Shown: positions 25,851-39,800, counted from the stretch's first letter. The stretch: 64,000 bases of DNA from Lama glama (GCA_028534125.1 CM052816.1:76634001-76698000); one strand, 5' to 3'. The notes: a model not told the origin generated them from the sequence alone. Translations and numbers: made by a program.

Positions 25851-26617
25851 GAAACCTCTTGGTATTCCTAAATCTCATGTGTCTCAACTAAAAATAGGAG
25901 AATGATAATGCTAAACTGTGTCTACAGTGCTCTGAGATCTTTGAGCTAAATGTGTTTAAGCAGCAAGAACACAATATATTTATTACTAATTGGGAGAATT
26001 GGTAATTTGAAGAAAAAGGAGGTGCTCAGAAATTTTTAGGTATTTAAGTATTTCTTAGAATTTCTTCATTTTAGAAACACTTACCTGTAACCAAAAAACA
26101 TTCTCTGATATTTTTAAAGCATGTTACATTTTTAATAAAGTTTTCCTTAAAGAAGAATGTTGCTAAGAAAATTAAAAACTAAACTCCAAGACTGAATTAG
26201 CAGGTATTTATTTTAAAAAGCGTTTATAATCATTTCTTCAGAAAAATATAACACCACCCTCCCCTGCTAAGGTAGAGAATCCATAAGGAATGTGTATCTA
26301 CTACTGATTTAATGAATAACCCAGCTTTGGTTTCTAGTTACACCATGTACAAACTTGGAAAATTATTAAAAGCTTCCTTTATATATCTTTTCTACTGTGA
26401 CCTTATAGAGAAAAATGTCTCCTCTTTGTATTCATTTGACAATCATTTCTGAACACATAAAAGATGCCAGCTGTTGTGTCAGACATGAACTAGAGAAAAA
26501 CAGATGATAAAAAGTAAACAAATATACTTGTGAGAACATGTGCTGTGATGAAAAAAATAATAATGGGTTAGGACGTGTCTGGGTAAGGAAGTGTCTGGGA
26601 CTCCTTTAAACTGGGTG

Positions 26618-27744
26618 ATATACCCATCATTGATTTTATTCCATTCAGATTAATTTCTCCCCCAAACTCTAATTCAAAAAGATACATACACCCAAATGTT
26701 CATAGAAGCACTATATACAATAGCCAACACATGGAAACAACCTAAATGTCCATCGGCCGATGACTAGATAAAGACTATGTGGTATATTTATACAATGGAA
26801 TACTACTCGGCTATAAAAAAGAATAAAATAATGCCATTTGCAGCAACCTGGATAGATATGGAGATTGTCATTCTAAGTGAAGTAAGCCAGAAAGAGAAAG
26901 AAAAATATCATACGATATCACTTATATGTGGAATCAAAGAAAAAAAAAGACAAATGAACTTATTTACAAAACGGAAAGACTCACAGACATAGAAAACAAA
27001 CTTATGGTTACCAGAGGGGGAAGGGAGGCAGAAGGGATAAATTGGGAGTCAGAGATTTGCAGATACTAACTACTACATATAAAATAGATAAACAACAAGT
27101 TTATATTGTATAACACAGGGAACTATATTCAATATCTTGTAGTAACCTATAATGAAAAAGAATATGAAAATGAATATATGTATGTATATGTATGACTGAA
27201 CTATTATGCTGTACACCAGAAACTGACACATTGTACTGAATATACTTCAATAAAAATTAAAAAAAAAATTCTCCCCCATCTTCTGCTCTGCTCTGTACTG
27301 TAATGGGGCTGACCTTGCCATGCACAACCTACAGGTTCCTATGTTAGTGAATGTATGTCTGGGTTTAACCAATGGAACGTCTGAGCACTAGAAGGAGGGA
27401 GAAACCAGGGCATTACTCCTCTCTCTCCCTGCCTTGGGTAATGTCTGCAGCAGAGGCTGTACCTCCCTGGCTCTTGCCAGCCATGGTGGATGTGGTTCTA
27501 GCTTCTAGTGTGATCCTGGACTTCAGTATCCCTACCTCCTCTTTTTATCCCTCCTGCCTAAGGTTAGTAGTCGCTTTCTGCTCTTGCCAAGCTCTGGGTT
27601 TTTGTTTTTGTTTTTGTTTTTTTACCATCCCCTGTTTGGCTTCTCAGCTCTTCCACCACACGAGTAACCAATACTGCATGTTAAATTTCCTGTTTTAAAT
27701 ACTTAAGAATGGTTTCATTTTCCTCGGTAGATTCTGATTGTGAC
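26618..27744 (+). mobile_element. LTR33-like ERVL solo LTR (interrupted by L1)
   Basis: ctgggtttaaccaatgg…ccctgtttggcttctcagctcttcc…ttaaatttcctgttttaaatacttaagaatggtttcattttcct…gtgaca terminus. Confidence 0.65.
26665..27268 (+). mobile_element. 5'-truncated L1 3' end with poly-A and TSD
   Basis: ORF WYIYTMEYYSAIKKNKIMPFAATW, 3' UTR, AATAAA at 27249 and A-tail; TSD ttctccccca at 26655-26664 and 27269-27278. Confidence 0.96.
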
Positions 27745-30700
27745 AGGGTATCAGGTAAGGCTAAACCAAAAAAAAAAAAAAAAAACGAAATTTAAGATTA
27801 AAAACAGGAGGACTAAAAGGATCCAGACATGTGATGCTCTAGAAGGAGAATGGTCCAGGCTGATAAACATGAAAGTCCATAAAGAACAGATAACTTTGGA
27901 CTCTTCAAGGAGCAGAACACAATCTAGTGCAATTATACCATCATGTGGGAAGGGGCAGTGATCGCTAAAATCAGAGAGGTAAATGGACACAGGATCACAT
28001 AGGTTCTTATTCTATGGATGAGAGAGATGTTCAGACATGCTTTGATTTGAACTTTTTAAAGATTCCTCTGGCTAACTTGTCTTTAATGGATTCAATGTTA
28101 AAAGGGAAGACAGTCAAAAGTAGTAGGGGAAAAGTGGGAAGATTCACAGAGTTTTATAGAGTAAACCTAATTTACTAGTGATGCCGATGTTGAGGATGAG
28201 AGGAAAAAGGAAGAACCAAGGATAACTTTGTAAGTGTTTAATCTGAGCAACCAACTTGATCCTGGCATCATCAATTGAGAGAGAAAAATGAGGAAGAAGC
28301 AGGTTAAAGGATGAGAAACAGAGAGAATTAAGACTTCTGTTTTGGTTCTGTTAGGTTGAAATGCCTCTTAGACCTCCACGTAGACATGTGTAAGAGGCAG
28401 CAGGTATTTGAGTCAGAGGAGAGGTCAGAGCTGGAAAAATACATTTAGGAGCTGTTGGTATATAAATGGTTTTTTAAACCATAGGTTTGATAGCATTGCC
28501 TCAGAAGAGAGTGAAATCGGAAATGATTTATTGCAAGCCATCAAGGATTGTTCTAAACACAGGATTTGGAAGGGGAAAAAAGTCATTAGACATAACCATG
28601 TTTTAAAAACTCGACTTTTTAAAGAACAAGTAGAAACATCTTATATGTGTGTTTAAAAATAGTCTAAGAACCCAGAGGCTAGCCCTACACAATTAATTTG
28701 ATTAATGTAGACAGCTTTTCAAATAATTTAGGACACATGACAGATTGCCTGGTCTTTGCCATGTACATGGTCTAAGCGAAACAGATGCTAATTGGAAACT
28801 TTTCTTTTAGATACATAAAATTTCCCAGGAAATCAGTCAGATTTGATGCACTGTCTGAAATGAGTGTACAAACACCAGTTGACCCTGAACATTACAAAGC
28901 TTTAACTATTTATCCTCCATTTCCTATATCCCTACCAGAGCAAGTAATCTATCATCTTTTAAATATTCTGAGTATAGACACTGAGAAATCTTCAGCTTCT
29001 TACTGTCTTTGACATTCTGTGTCAGTCAATTAACCAAACATAACACGTACTTTCTGTGGCTCATCTCTCTTCTTGTTTAGTCACTCTGCTACTCTTCTCA
29101 CCTTCCAGTTCTCATATTATCTCACTTGGACCACCTTCCTCCTTCTCAGCAACCCCTTCCCAACACCATCCCTTTCACATGTGCCCTCACTGCCATTCCC
29201 AGAGTAGCATCTTGTCCTGTTACCTGGAAATCCTAGAAGGGCTTTCCAATTCACTCCTGATTACATCTTCTGCATCTTCAGTTCTCCAATAGAGCATCCA
29301 TGCGGCCCCACCTGAAATCCCTACCCCTCAGACATCTCCAAAACATCACTAGCTGCTTATATCAGTGGGATACCAGATGATTCAGTGAAAAACGTTTGTT
29401 ACGTTTTATTCAAAATGTTCTCTTCTAAACAGAGAACAAAAGATGTAGTCCCTAAATAAAGACTACAGTTTATTTTAAAGATTTAGAATTATAATAGAGG
29501 CTGAATTGCAAATTGAGAATGGATAATGTAGGGGGAGGGAAAATAAACTGAATGAGTCAGTCGTGTGTTTATTGGCTACTCTTTCCTAATTGAAAAGCGT
29601 CCCAGGGTTGGAGGATGGTTTTAGCAATGCAGAGAGTGGAATTTCCCCCTACTTTTCTGATAATGGTAAGAAAAAGGAAAAGAAATAAACGTGTTACATG
29701 TGTAAGGAGAGATAAATATAAGCCTTCCCAAAGATCATAAGACAACTCCATTTCTGACAGAGAAATACAAATTTTGAGAACCGAGAAACAGTAGGAGGAA
29801 GCCACCAAGAGGTCTGAAGACCAAGCATCAGATAAAAGCAAGAAAATGCTGATACCCCATATAATACAGCCGGGTACACACCAGGTGAGAAGAAATAAGA
29901 GATTCCTGGTCACAGAAAGGAAAGTTAAGGGTAGCAGGATGAAAAAAAAATTTAATAATGTTATTATTTATTGTATTTATTATTAAAATTATATTTGCAA
30001 ATGTAATTTCAATAGTATATGTGAACTTTTATATACAAATGTAAATGTAATAGTATTAAAATTATATATACAAATGTTATTTTATTAGTAGATCCCTTAA
30101 AGAGATCAACTATCTTTGTTTAGGAAAATACCTTGAAAGTTTACTTCAGGTAGAAAAGAAACAAAACCAAAACATGGCGGGTAAGATGACAGTGTTTTGA
30201 AAAGATTAGATAAACTTTTTGTCACAAACTGGTAACAGTTATTCAGTGATTGGGGTAAGGAAAAAGAGAAAAGAGGGAGGAACATTGAGAAGGAAAAAGA
30301 GGCCAAGAAACACGGCAGGCAGCAAAGCCCATAGAAGCAGGGATCCACGAGCACCCCGGGGGCTGGGGGGCTGGGGACTGAGGGGCTGAGGGTCAGTTGT
30401 GAAGAGCGATGTTAATACTCAATTTAAAGTTATCCATAGTGCTGAGATGGAAATGCCCTGCTTGGCGCTAAACCTTCAACAAAATCTGCTACACACATGT
30501 GCACCAGGGCTTTAGAAAATGACAAAGTAATAGGCTTTATTTAAGCTTAGAATGGCCTGGAGCAGAGAGAAAAGAGACGCGTCCGTGGAAGAGACGGGAA
30601 GACAGACAAGCTTCCCCCTGCCACACCACCAACTCCTGAATCGAGTTAGAAGAACAAGAAGACTATGGAATGAGGGATAGAAGCACTCTTTACTGAACTC

Positions 30701-33599
30701 TTAAAGAGAAGGTGACCCCCTTGGTGTCTAGATTACATAAGCACGAATAACAGCTAAGTTCACTGGGAGAAATTATTTAATTTCCAATGCAGTTATTCTC
30801 ATGTTCCATATTCTATCATATCTGCATGCTTTTAGCTTGTAAAAACTGTTATTTATAATTATCTTTGTTGAAATCCCTAATTTTTTATTAAAAAGTTACA
30901 ATCTCTATAGGAAGAAAATGAAGCATTGATTGAATTGTGGACTGAATGTTGGGAGACAGCAATCTGTGTCTTCGCAGGGGAACCTCTTGCTGACACGCTC
31001 TTCATCAAGCAGAGAATTTTAATCCAAGTGCCTGGGAGGAAATTATTACTGATGCCTAACTGTTTCTACCATCATGGACACTGGAGAATCTTTTTTAAAC
31101 TGAGGCTCTTCCATCCAGACAAAAAATAGTCACTTCAGTGCAAGAGTCTGCATAACATTCCAGGGTTTTATTTACTTCCCTGTATTGGAGAAGCCCAGCT
31201 GTACTGTGTGTACTTTTACAAACGTAAGAAATACAGCTCCCTGGACTGCCTGCCCCAAACCATGCTCCCAGTCCCTGTTGTTTTGATCAGTTGACTCCTG
31301 AAGCCCTACTGCATCCAAACCAAATTCACAAATTGGTTAATTTTTTTTCGTTTCTTTATCTTTTTTCCTATAAGTTTTAGACTTTTTTTTTAAATCTCTG
31401 TTTGGCATTAATTAAAAAGTCAGTATTGTTTGAGTTCTGACCCTATAGTTCAGAAAAAATTGGGCTTTATCTTCATCCTCAGTCTGAGAACGGCATAACA
31501 ATGAATGGACTGTTCTTACTCCAGTTGCATGATTCTTGGATCCCACCGCTTGAGTTCTGCCTCCGCTTGTGGGCCCTGGAGCACTTAGGTTCTCTGGCTT
31601 CCACCTTATTTGTGCAATGAGGAAGTTTAAGGTTTTTTCCGGCTCCAACATTTTTTTCCCTCATAATATAAAATCTTATCAGAACAAATAAATATTCCTC
31701 CTTCTGATGATAAATTTCTGAAGGCAAAACTGTGCCTAGTGCCTGAGTAGTTCCTACCTTTAACATATATATGCAGAAAGACAGACTCATGATCATAGTC
31801 CCAGAACATACACATTGTGGGAAAAGGATGTTCAAATCTGCTCCTTTCCAAATACTGTATATTCTTTAATCACTAACATCACACTATGGAAAACAGATCA
31901 AATGCAATATAGTGCTAGTGGCATCATGAATTATTAGGATGAATATTTCCATCCAAATACATTCCCTATTTTTCTGTTCTATGGCATCAGCAATCCAGAT
32001 TTTTCTTCCACAAGGCAAGAATCACAGTGTCCGGAGTCAGGAGGGTTTGGTGATGAGCTTGCCAGAAATGAAAGCATTAAAGCCAAATGAATGTCATCTT
32101 CAGTCCTAAAATGTGAAGCAGAAGCCTAAGCACCTTTTAATAGGTGATAGAACCTATCTTCTATTAGTGGGACTTTGGATTGATTCCAACCTTTGTAATG
32201 CAAACAGTGCTGCTGTGGACATTTTTGGATAAATGTCTTTGTGGATACATTTGAAAACGTGTATATGACATGTATCTGACCTTCATTTGGTGACCATATT
32301 ATCAAGATGAGGCCTTTCAGTCAAATCACAAGTGACTAAACAAAGGTAGATGAGATATAGATGGATCGAAACCAATGCCCCACCATTCTTCTTGTCAGTA
32401 GGATGTCCTTTGAGGTTGTGACTGAATAGTAAGGGAAAGCCGTGAGATAATGCACAGGTTCAGTTGATATTATTTTAATATATGAAAAAGTTATGTTCAG
32501 AAGTATATATAAAGAATACAGGTTTCCACCGAGTTTTACAAACTGTAGGGTTAGGTAAGAAAAACAATTTCTGTCTTGAAACTCCAAAAAAGGTTAAGCT
32601 TCTCAGAGAATCAGTTCAATGGGAGATAAAGGATCCTTCCAGCAGACTTGGATCTCTGCTACACAAGGTAGGACTGAAATACCAGCCTTCAAATTATGAA
32701 GTCCCTCTTATAAACTCTTAAACAGGACTCAGTGTGTTCTATCAGAATTCAGTGCGTGTTCTGACCTAAATTTCTGGTTGTTAAGCAACCTCAAGCAAGC
32801 TGAAAAGTCAACTCCAAAAATGTTATTACATGACAGATTTCCTTTAGTAGCTAAGCATCCTTCAACCCTAGAAAACTTAGAATTGAGTATAAAAATGTTC
32901 AAAAGGATCAAAACAATCTTATTAATGTTTTTGGTTAATATATCCATGTTTGGAAATTGTGAAATATTAGTAATGTTTAAGGGAACCTGGCATATTAAAA
33001 TGAGAGATGAGGTGAGTAGTTGCAACTTAAAATGCCTAAGGAAATAGTGGATATAGAATTGTGATTTTTAACTCATATGAAATGTTTATTAAAGCTTTGG
33101 AATACGGAAGAGGATTAAACTTCACTATGTTTATGTACTTGTTTTTTTTAAGATTTTAAAGAATATTAAGTAATTGGGAAAGTGTTTCAGAGAAACAATC
33201 TATATACTTAAAAAGGAAGTAAAGCAGATTAAGTTTACAAAATTAATTTAAAAAATATATGGAGGAATTTAGCTAACTAAGTGCATAAATGTGATTACAC
33301 ACATTCAAAATTTTCCTTAAAATGGTTACTAAAATCATGTGGTTTTATAAATAGAATAATAAATCTGTACGTCAAATCTAAAATTTTAAGTAAGAAGTAC
33401 AGTTTTGGATTTTTGACTTTAATAAATTAAACGCTAAATTTTTAAGCAAAGGTCAAGCTTTGAATTGTCTTTTGTATATGCAAAAGTTACTTTTAAGACA
33501 AAAATATTCACAGTTAATAGTTGCCACCTATGCTATTGTCCCTCATACCAACAGGGCTAAGAAATAAAATTTTAAAAAGGAGATCCTACTCCTACACAT

Positions 33600-34243
33600 A
33601 AATGAAAGAAACTCGTTAGAAAAATTGGCTAATTTTGAAGGAAATGAAATATATGCAACCAAAAAATGTGAAAACAAAACTTAACCTTAGCCACAGTTAA
33701 AGACAAGGAAAAAAATCAAAAAGTGTGGTCCCTTACAGAATTGGTATGATACAGGCACTGTCATGTGTAGATAAAAATTTTCACTAGAATTATTTTTTTG
33801 GAAGACAATTTGCCAAAAACTATCATGTTTTAAAAGGCATGTATCCTTGGACTTTACATTTCCACTTTCAAGAATTTATCAGGTACACATATTTAAATGT
33901 GTTCACAAAGGCATCTCTCCAGGAAAGTCCACTGCAGCACTGTTTGTAGTTAGAGCTGGAATGACCATCAGTAGAGGACAGGTTAAATATATTAGTAAAT
34001 CCACGCAATGACTTAGTACACAGCCATTCAAAAGAATAAAGCAGCTCTTCATGTCTTGATACAGAAAAAGTTTCAGTTACGGTAATTGAGAAAAGATAAT
34101 AAAGCCAAGTATAAAGCAGTTCATGATATATTTCTAATATGTACTGGAAAGAAAAAAGATACTTATGTGTGCATATGCCTAGAAGTTTTCTGGAAGAGTG
34201 TAAATACATAGATGTCTTTAAAGGTGATTGACTATAAGGAAGA
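33600..34243 (+). mobile_element. Old L1 (L1ME-like) 3' fragment
   Basis: ggaagacaatttgccaaaaactatca…catttccactttcaagaatttatc…gcagcactgtttgta…cagccattcaaaagaat. Confidence 0.7.
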
Positions 34244-34602
34244 TGTGTTAGTTTCCTAGGGCCACTGTAACAGAATACCACAAACTGGGTGACTTGAAAC
34301 AGTAGAAATTTCACAGTTCTGGAATCCAGAAGTCAGAAGTCAAGGTGTCAGCGGAGCTGACTCCTTCTGAGAGCTGGGAAGGACAGCCTGTTCCATGCCC
34401 TTCTCTTAGCTTCTAATGAAGGCTGGAACTCCTTGCTGTTCCTTGGCTGGCGTGTGAATGCATCCCTCCCATCTCCAACTCTGCCTTCACATGGCATCCT
34501 CCCTGCATCTCTGTATCTTCAAATGGCCTTCTTTTATATAAGGACAATAATTGTATTAGAGTAGGGACCCATGCTATTCCAGTGTGACTTAATTTCAACT
34601 TA
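34244..34602 (-). mobile_element. MLT1 (ERVL-MaLR) LTR, truncated by gap
   Basis: tgtgttagtttcctagggccactgtaacagaataccacaaactgggtgacttgaaacag…cacagttctgga…aaggtgtcagc is the classic MLT1B/C reverse end. Confidence 0.9.
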
Positions 34603-35102
34603 NNNNNNNNNNNNNNNNNNNNNNNNNNNNNNNNNNNNNNNNNNNNNNNNNNNNNNNNNNNNNNNNNNNNNNNNNNNNNNNNNNNNNNNNNNNNNNNNNN
34701 NNNNNNNNNNNNNNNNNNNNNNNNNNNNNNNNNNNNNNNNNNNNNNNNNNNNNNNNNNNNNNNNNNNNNNNNNNNNNNNNNNNNNNNNNNNNNNNNNNNN
34801 NNNNNNNNNNNNNNNNNNNNNNNNNNNNNNNNNNNNNNNNNNNNNNNNNNNNNNNNNNNNNNNNNNNNNNNNNNNNNNNNNNNNNNNNNNNNNNNNNNNN
34901 NNNNNNNNNNNNNNNNNNNNNNNNNNNNNNNNNNNNNNNNNNNNNNNNNNNNNNNNNNNNNNNNNNNNNNNNNNNNNNNNNNNNNNNNNNNNNNNNNNNN
35001 NNNNNNNNNNNNNNNNNNNNNNNNNNNNNNNNNNNNNNNNNNNNNNNNNNNNNNNNNNNNNNNNNNNNNNNNNNNNNNNNNNNNNNNNNNNNNNNNNNNN
35101 NN
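34603..35102. other. Assembly gap (500 N)
   Basis: Run of N. Confidence 1.
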
Positions 35103-35529
35103 AAAGAAGTTGGTGCCCATTTTTCTCATTGTCTGCCTTTTCCCCCCATTTCATATCCCCACTTCAGCAGAAATTCACTCATCTCTCTTTGACAGGATGA
35201 AACTGATCCATTAACATAATCCTCACTAATATGTCAGAAAATTGGACTCTGGGACTAGCCCCAAGGGATCAGCCTTAGGAAAGTCCACTACAGCCAGAGG
35301 AGCAGAGTTATCTAAACACACGATTTACTAGTGATAGAATTTCTGATATTGGTGATGGAAATAACTTGGGACAAAAGCACCTTTTTTGTCCCCTAAGTAA
35401 TGTATTTTTTTGCATGAGTTTGGCATCCTTTAGAGCATTTATATAATCTCAAACTTTCCAAAGTCCTCTCATGAATATAACTTCCTTTGCTTCCTATCAA
35501 AAGCAAAATGGGAAGGGAGGACAGGGAAT

Positions 35530-35660
35530 GCCTGTTTTATAGATAAGAAAATTGAGTCCTTGAGAAGTTAGGTGACTTGCTGAAATCTTACAGTTTAGTA
35601 AGAGATGGAGCCTGGACTGTAACTCAGATCTGATCTTAAATCCCACTTTCCTTTGCTGTA
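35530..35660 (-). mobile_element. MIR SINE fragment
   Basis: cctgttttatagataagaaaattgagtccttgagaagttaggtgacttgc. Confidence 0.7.
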
Positions 35661-36219
35661 TCATAAAGGCAATCCTGTACATAATATACAGTTTCAACTT
35701 TCAAATGGCCCCTTTGAAGTCAAGATGTAAAATGACTTGAGGGAGAGTAGAGGGCCGTCCCAGGAGGTGGACGTGCTATATTCTTCTCTCTTTCTGGGTA
35801 ATCTTAAGCTGGGTGCAAGGTGGAGTTGACGATTGCCTCCAGCGGCTCAAAAATAGGAAAACAAATCTGTCCCTGCTCTTCCTGATGCCCCAGATCCCTT
35901 TAATTCTAGGCAGTGCCTCTCACTCCACGGTAAGGGACAGGGTTGGAAATGCAAATATCTGGGTTTAGGTCAATGCAAATGGCTGATAGCAGACCTTTCT
36001 CTGAAAACAAGTCTTGACAGGGAAGGGGGCAGGGAGAGAAGTCACCATCAGAGGCAGGACACTGTCTGAGGCTGCAGAGAGTCAAGGGGAAAGAGGAAGT
36101 CCAGTTTCTAAAGACCAAGAACACCTGCTTCCTCTCAACCTGGCTGTTCTCCCTCTGCACTCAGTGCTCAGGGCCTAGGGAGGAACAAAATGAGTGTCTT
36201 TGTGACCGGAGGAGAAATT

Positions 36220-36433
36220 CAGTGTTTCTCAAAGCATGGTGCCCGAGACCACAGCATCTGAATCACCTGGAAGCGCTGGTTAAACATGCAGATTCCCATG
36301 CACTGCGTGCCTCCCCTCCCCACCCCCAACCCATCCCCACACCCTTCCAGGCTCTGGGGCTGGGCCCAGGAATGTGCCCCTGGAGCAAGCTCCCAGGATG
36401 CCTGTGGTGAGCATTAAATTTGGAGAACTATTG
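36220..36433. mobile_element. MER5-type hAT-Charlie element
   Basis: cagtgtttctcaaagcatggtgccc…gaatcacctggaagcgctggttaaacatgcagattccc…tttggagaactattg. Confidence 0.78.
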
Positions 36434-36764
36434 CTCTAGAGGTCAAATTAGATCAAGAGGACACTGATGAATACTCACTTGTGAAAGATCTTGAGGAAAA
36501 CACCTCAGGGAAGGCTATTTTGTGGGGTTTCTTTTACAACTCATTCCTTATCTTAAAATCACTTGGTGTATTTTTTTATTATGCATATATGTATACAGTC
36601 ACTGAAATGCATAAATGCGATCTCTAACTGTTTCTACATACAGGCTGTTTCATTTCTTTTCCCTCTTGCAGGACTCCTGCCCTCCTTCTCTCCCTGTCTC
36701 CAGAGTTCCCCAGAATCTATATCGCTATCCAGTCTCTAGTGTCCCTGATCATCCTGTGCGCATG

Positions 36765-36775
36765 CACAGACACAC

Positions 36776-36815
<40 letters not shown>
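36765..36815 (+). repeat. (CA)n microsatellite, interrupted
   Basis: Directly visible. Confidence 0.95.
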
Positions 36816-36817
<2 letters not shown>

Positions 36818-39800
36818 AAACTTATATGGATTGGATATGCTTTTTGTATTGCTAAAATAGAAACATATTTTACATTTTTTTCATATCTTGCTTTTCTCAC
36901 TCAACACCACCTAATAGAAATCCGCAAGGTTCGTCCCCAATTTATTCTCTTAAATGATTGCATATGATTTCACAGTGCAGATGAATCATAATTTTTTCAA
37001 TCATTCCCCTACTGAAAGACATAATTCATTCCCAGGTTCCTGCTGCTCCGGACAATGCAGCAATTACCATCTTTGCATTTTTTAATGTATGTTTTCTTTT
37101 GCGGGATAGAGTCTCGTCCATCAGGTAGAGAACTATATAAGAGTTGGCTATAATAATAATAATTAATATTAGCATTTTGCTGGATTATACGTAGTTTTAT
37201 TTTTAAGGACTCTTTTCAACTTGCTTTCCAGATAAGATAGTATTTTGACCAGTAACTTACATGAGGACTCTTTTTCCCCTTTACAACTTCTCATTATAAA
37301 AATTTACATTAGTAGCAAAATGTAACTAGTTCCATAAAAATATTGAGTTTTTAAATGTCCTTCACTTGACAACATTCTAGCTTTTCAAGTACCATTTGAG
37401 TTTCACATCACAAGCAAATAATAAATATTGAGTTCTGAGGCGCTGTATGGCTGTCACCAAGAAAACAAACCGAAGCAACCAACAAAGCAAAACAAAAACA
37501 GGCTGCCTTCAGGGATACTCCCTTCCAAATATTTTAGATTTTAGACAGATAGCAAGATGATAGGGAAAACCTTCCAATGATCGCCCTGCCTTGCCAACAG
37601 CCAAATCTGATCGGGCCAGTTTTTTTTTTTTTTTGCATCTACAAACGTGCAGGACGAGTGGAGGTCAAAGAACATTTTCTGGGAACAGTAGGTATTCTCC
37701 TCATTTTTTTATGACACTGAGGAAGGGAAAAAAAAAAAGATTTAGCCTCGCTAGATCCACAGACTTCAACCAGTCCTTGCTTGATGAGAACTAAGCTTCC
37801 AGCAAGGCATGAAGGTGAACAGACAGTTTATGGATGGCCAAGTCTAAAGAACCATTTACAATTCTTGGGAAATAGCAGGATTCAAAATGGGATGTTTAAG
37901 AGAGACAAGAACAGTGGAGAAGGAGAGAGAAGAATGGCTGGAGAAGAGAGAGAGAAAGCCTTAGGTCCATGAGCTAAAGGGGGAAAAATAAAACCAGCTT
38001 AATTATGGAAGAAAAGACACACACATAGGATAGCTCACACAGGCAGAGTTGCTGTGGAAGCACATTCCAGGAAAATCTTAAGAGATTACTTTAATAATAA
38101 ACCATGCATTCTTCAGCAAGCCATCATGGGATTAACTACCCCTTTCCTAGGCTGGGAACACAGTCGTCAGTTTGGGGTTTTTTTCCCCCCCTTCTTCCTT
38201 CTCCCTCACAGCCAGGTTTTATGCAAGGAAAGAGTCATGCAAGGATCAGAGTTTTTCAAACATTGCATTGAATTTTTCTCATCTCAATTTTCTAAACGTG
38301 AATTTCAGTGGTGATAAGAAGAGACCATGGTTTAGGCAGGGTTAACAGCAGGGTGGGCTTGGATGTGATTCTCCAGCAGCAAGGCTGTTCCTATTCCATC
38401 TACTGAAAAGTGAATAACTTCAGTGGGACAGGAGACTATGTCTCACCAGAGATTTAAGAAAAAGGGGGGGTTATGTTTATTTTCATTCTCCCCTTTTTTT
38501 TTTCACTTAATGTGAGCAGGACACTGAATTACTGCCAGAAGCAATATCAGAGCCCTAGAGATATGAAAATACACTTCAAATCAACTCAGAGTTCTCCACT
38601 GTATCTTAGGAGATACTCTTAAGATTTCTGTGTAAGATGACAGAGCTGTCCGCTTCAGGCTGTACGTGTTTGAGCCCACTGCTCACGGACGAACTGTTTT
38701 CATGAGCGTCTTCTCTTGAAACTGCAGCTCATTACAGATGAAATCATTTTCTTCCCCTGGCTTCTCAGACAAATCCCTTCCATTTGGTGGGGTAGAGCAA
38801 ACAAAAGTTAACATTTCTTGGTTAGAGTCTTCCAATTAAAAAAAAAATAAGTTTGGACGGTGACTTGTGAGAAAGTGTTACAAACTGAGGTTAAAAGAGA
38901 GAACTATTTCTTTTTCAAATTGTCCAAGTCTCTATTTGCCTGAAATCTGCTGTGATTGTCCCAGTTATTTAGCCTTTGGAAGTGAAACCAACCCTCTGGA
39001 CATCTGGATCTTAGAAATAAATCATGATGTCCTGAGATGTACCAGAATTAAAGTTCTCTGCGTAAATGTTAAAAATACCACCCCAAGACTAAATTTTATA
39101 TACCTCCTGTCATTCACACGAAATAATTTTCTTTTTAATAACAGCAAATTACCTGAGAGGAATATTGAAAACTGTCAGCACCTCCTTCCCCACCCCCACA
39201 TCCCCAGGTGTGAGGGGAGGAGACAGGTGGCCGAAACAGCAAAGGCCAAAAGAGGCAGCATTCTCACAGTTGCTAGGTTTTGCTGCTCTGCACCCCTGGC
39301 TTATGGGCTGTTCCAAGCCTGACCTACTTGAGAGCAAGGACTGTCACTCACACTGAGCTGTCGCAAATTACACAGTGGCTTTGCAACTGGGGCTAGGCTG
39401 GGACCACAGAATACATCCTTGGTATCCTATGAGCCTGATTTGAACCCCTGCTTTCCAGAGGTAAAATGCAAGTCCACTGTGTGTTGCTTACCCAAGGAAA
39501 ACAATAACCCCTTCCCTTCCAAGTCACAATTTAGTATTTTCACATTTAGCATACACTGTCTCAGACTTTTTTAAAAAAGGAAACATAGACATGCTTTTCA
39601 CCAGAATAATTTCATAATTCTTAAAAAGCAGAGCTTCCGGGGGTGTTTTACAATTGTTCATGATTTTAAAATATGGAGAAAATGAATTCCCCCTCCATCC
39701 CGTTAAGGTCCATTATGATATGCTGCCATGAGCCTTCTACTGTTGAACACTGTATGCCAGTATTTTCTAGTATCTTGCTTCTCATATTTCAGATTTTTCT

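Larger units (their letters stand above)
26425..28560 (-). mobile_element. L2 element split by an LTR and an L1
   Basis: Reverse L2 tail (tattcatttgacaatcatttctgaacac) at 26430 and the L2 body resuming after ~27750 (ttctgttttggttctgttaggttgaaatgcctcttagacctcca…). Confidence 0.6.

Noticed and set aside
34413..35200. Long ORFs of 184-238 aa
   Set aside because: Artefacts of the second N gap plus MLT1 sequence.
38469..38482. ggttatgtttattt resembling my recollection of DAB2 exon 2 leader
   Set aside because: Short match upstream of the promoter with no splice acceptor and no DAB2 coding sequence after it; chance.
38867..39322. 151-aa ORF, the longest gap-free one
   Set aside because: Non-ATG start, no recognisable domain or splice context; length compatible with chance.
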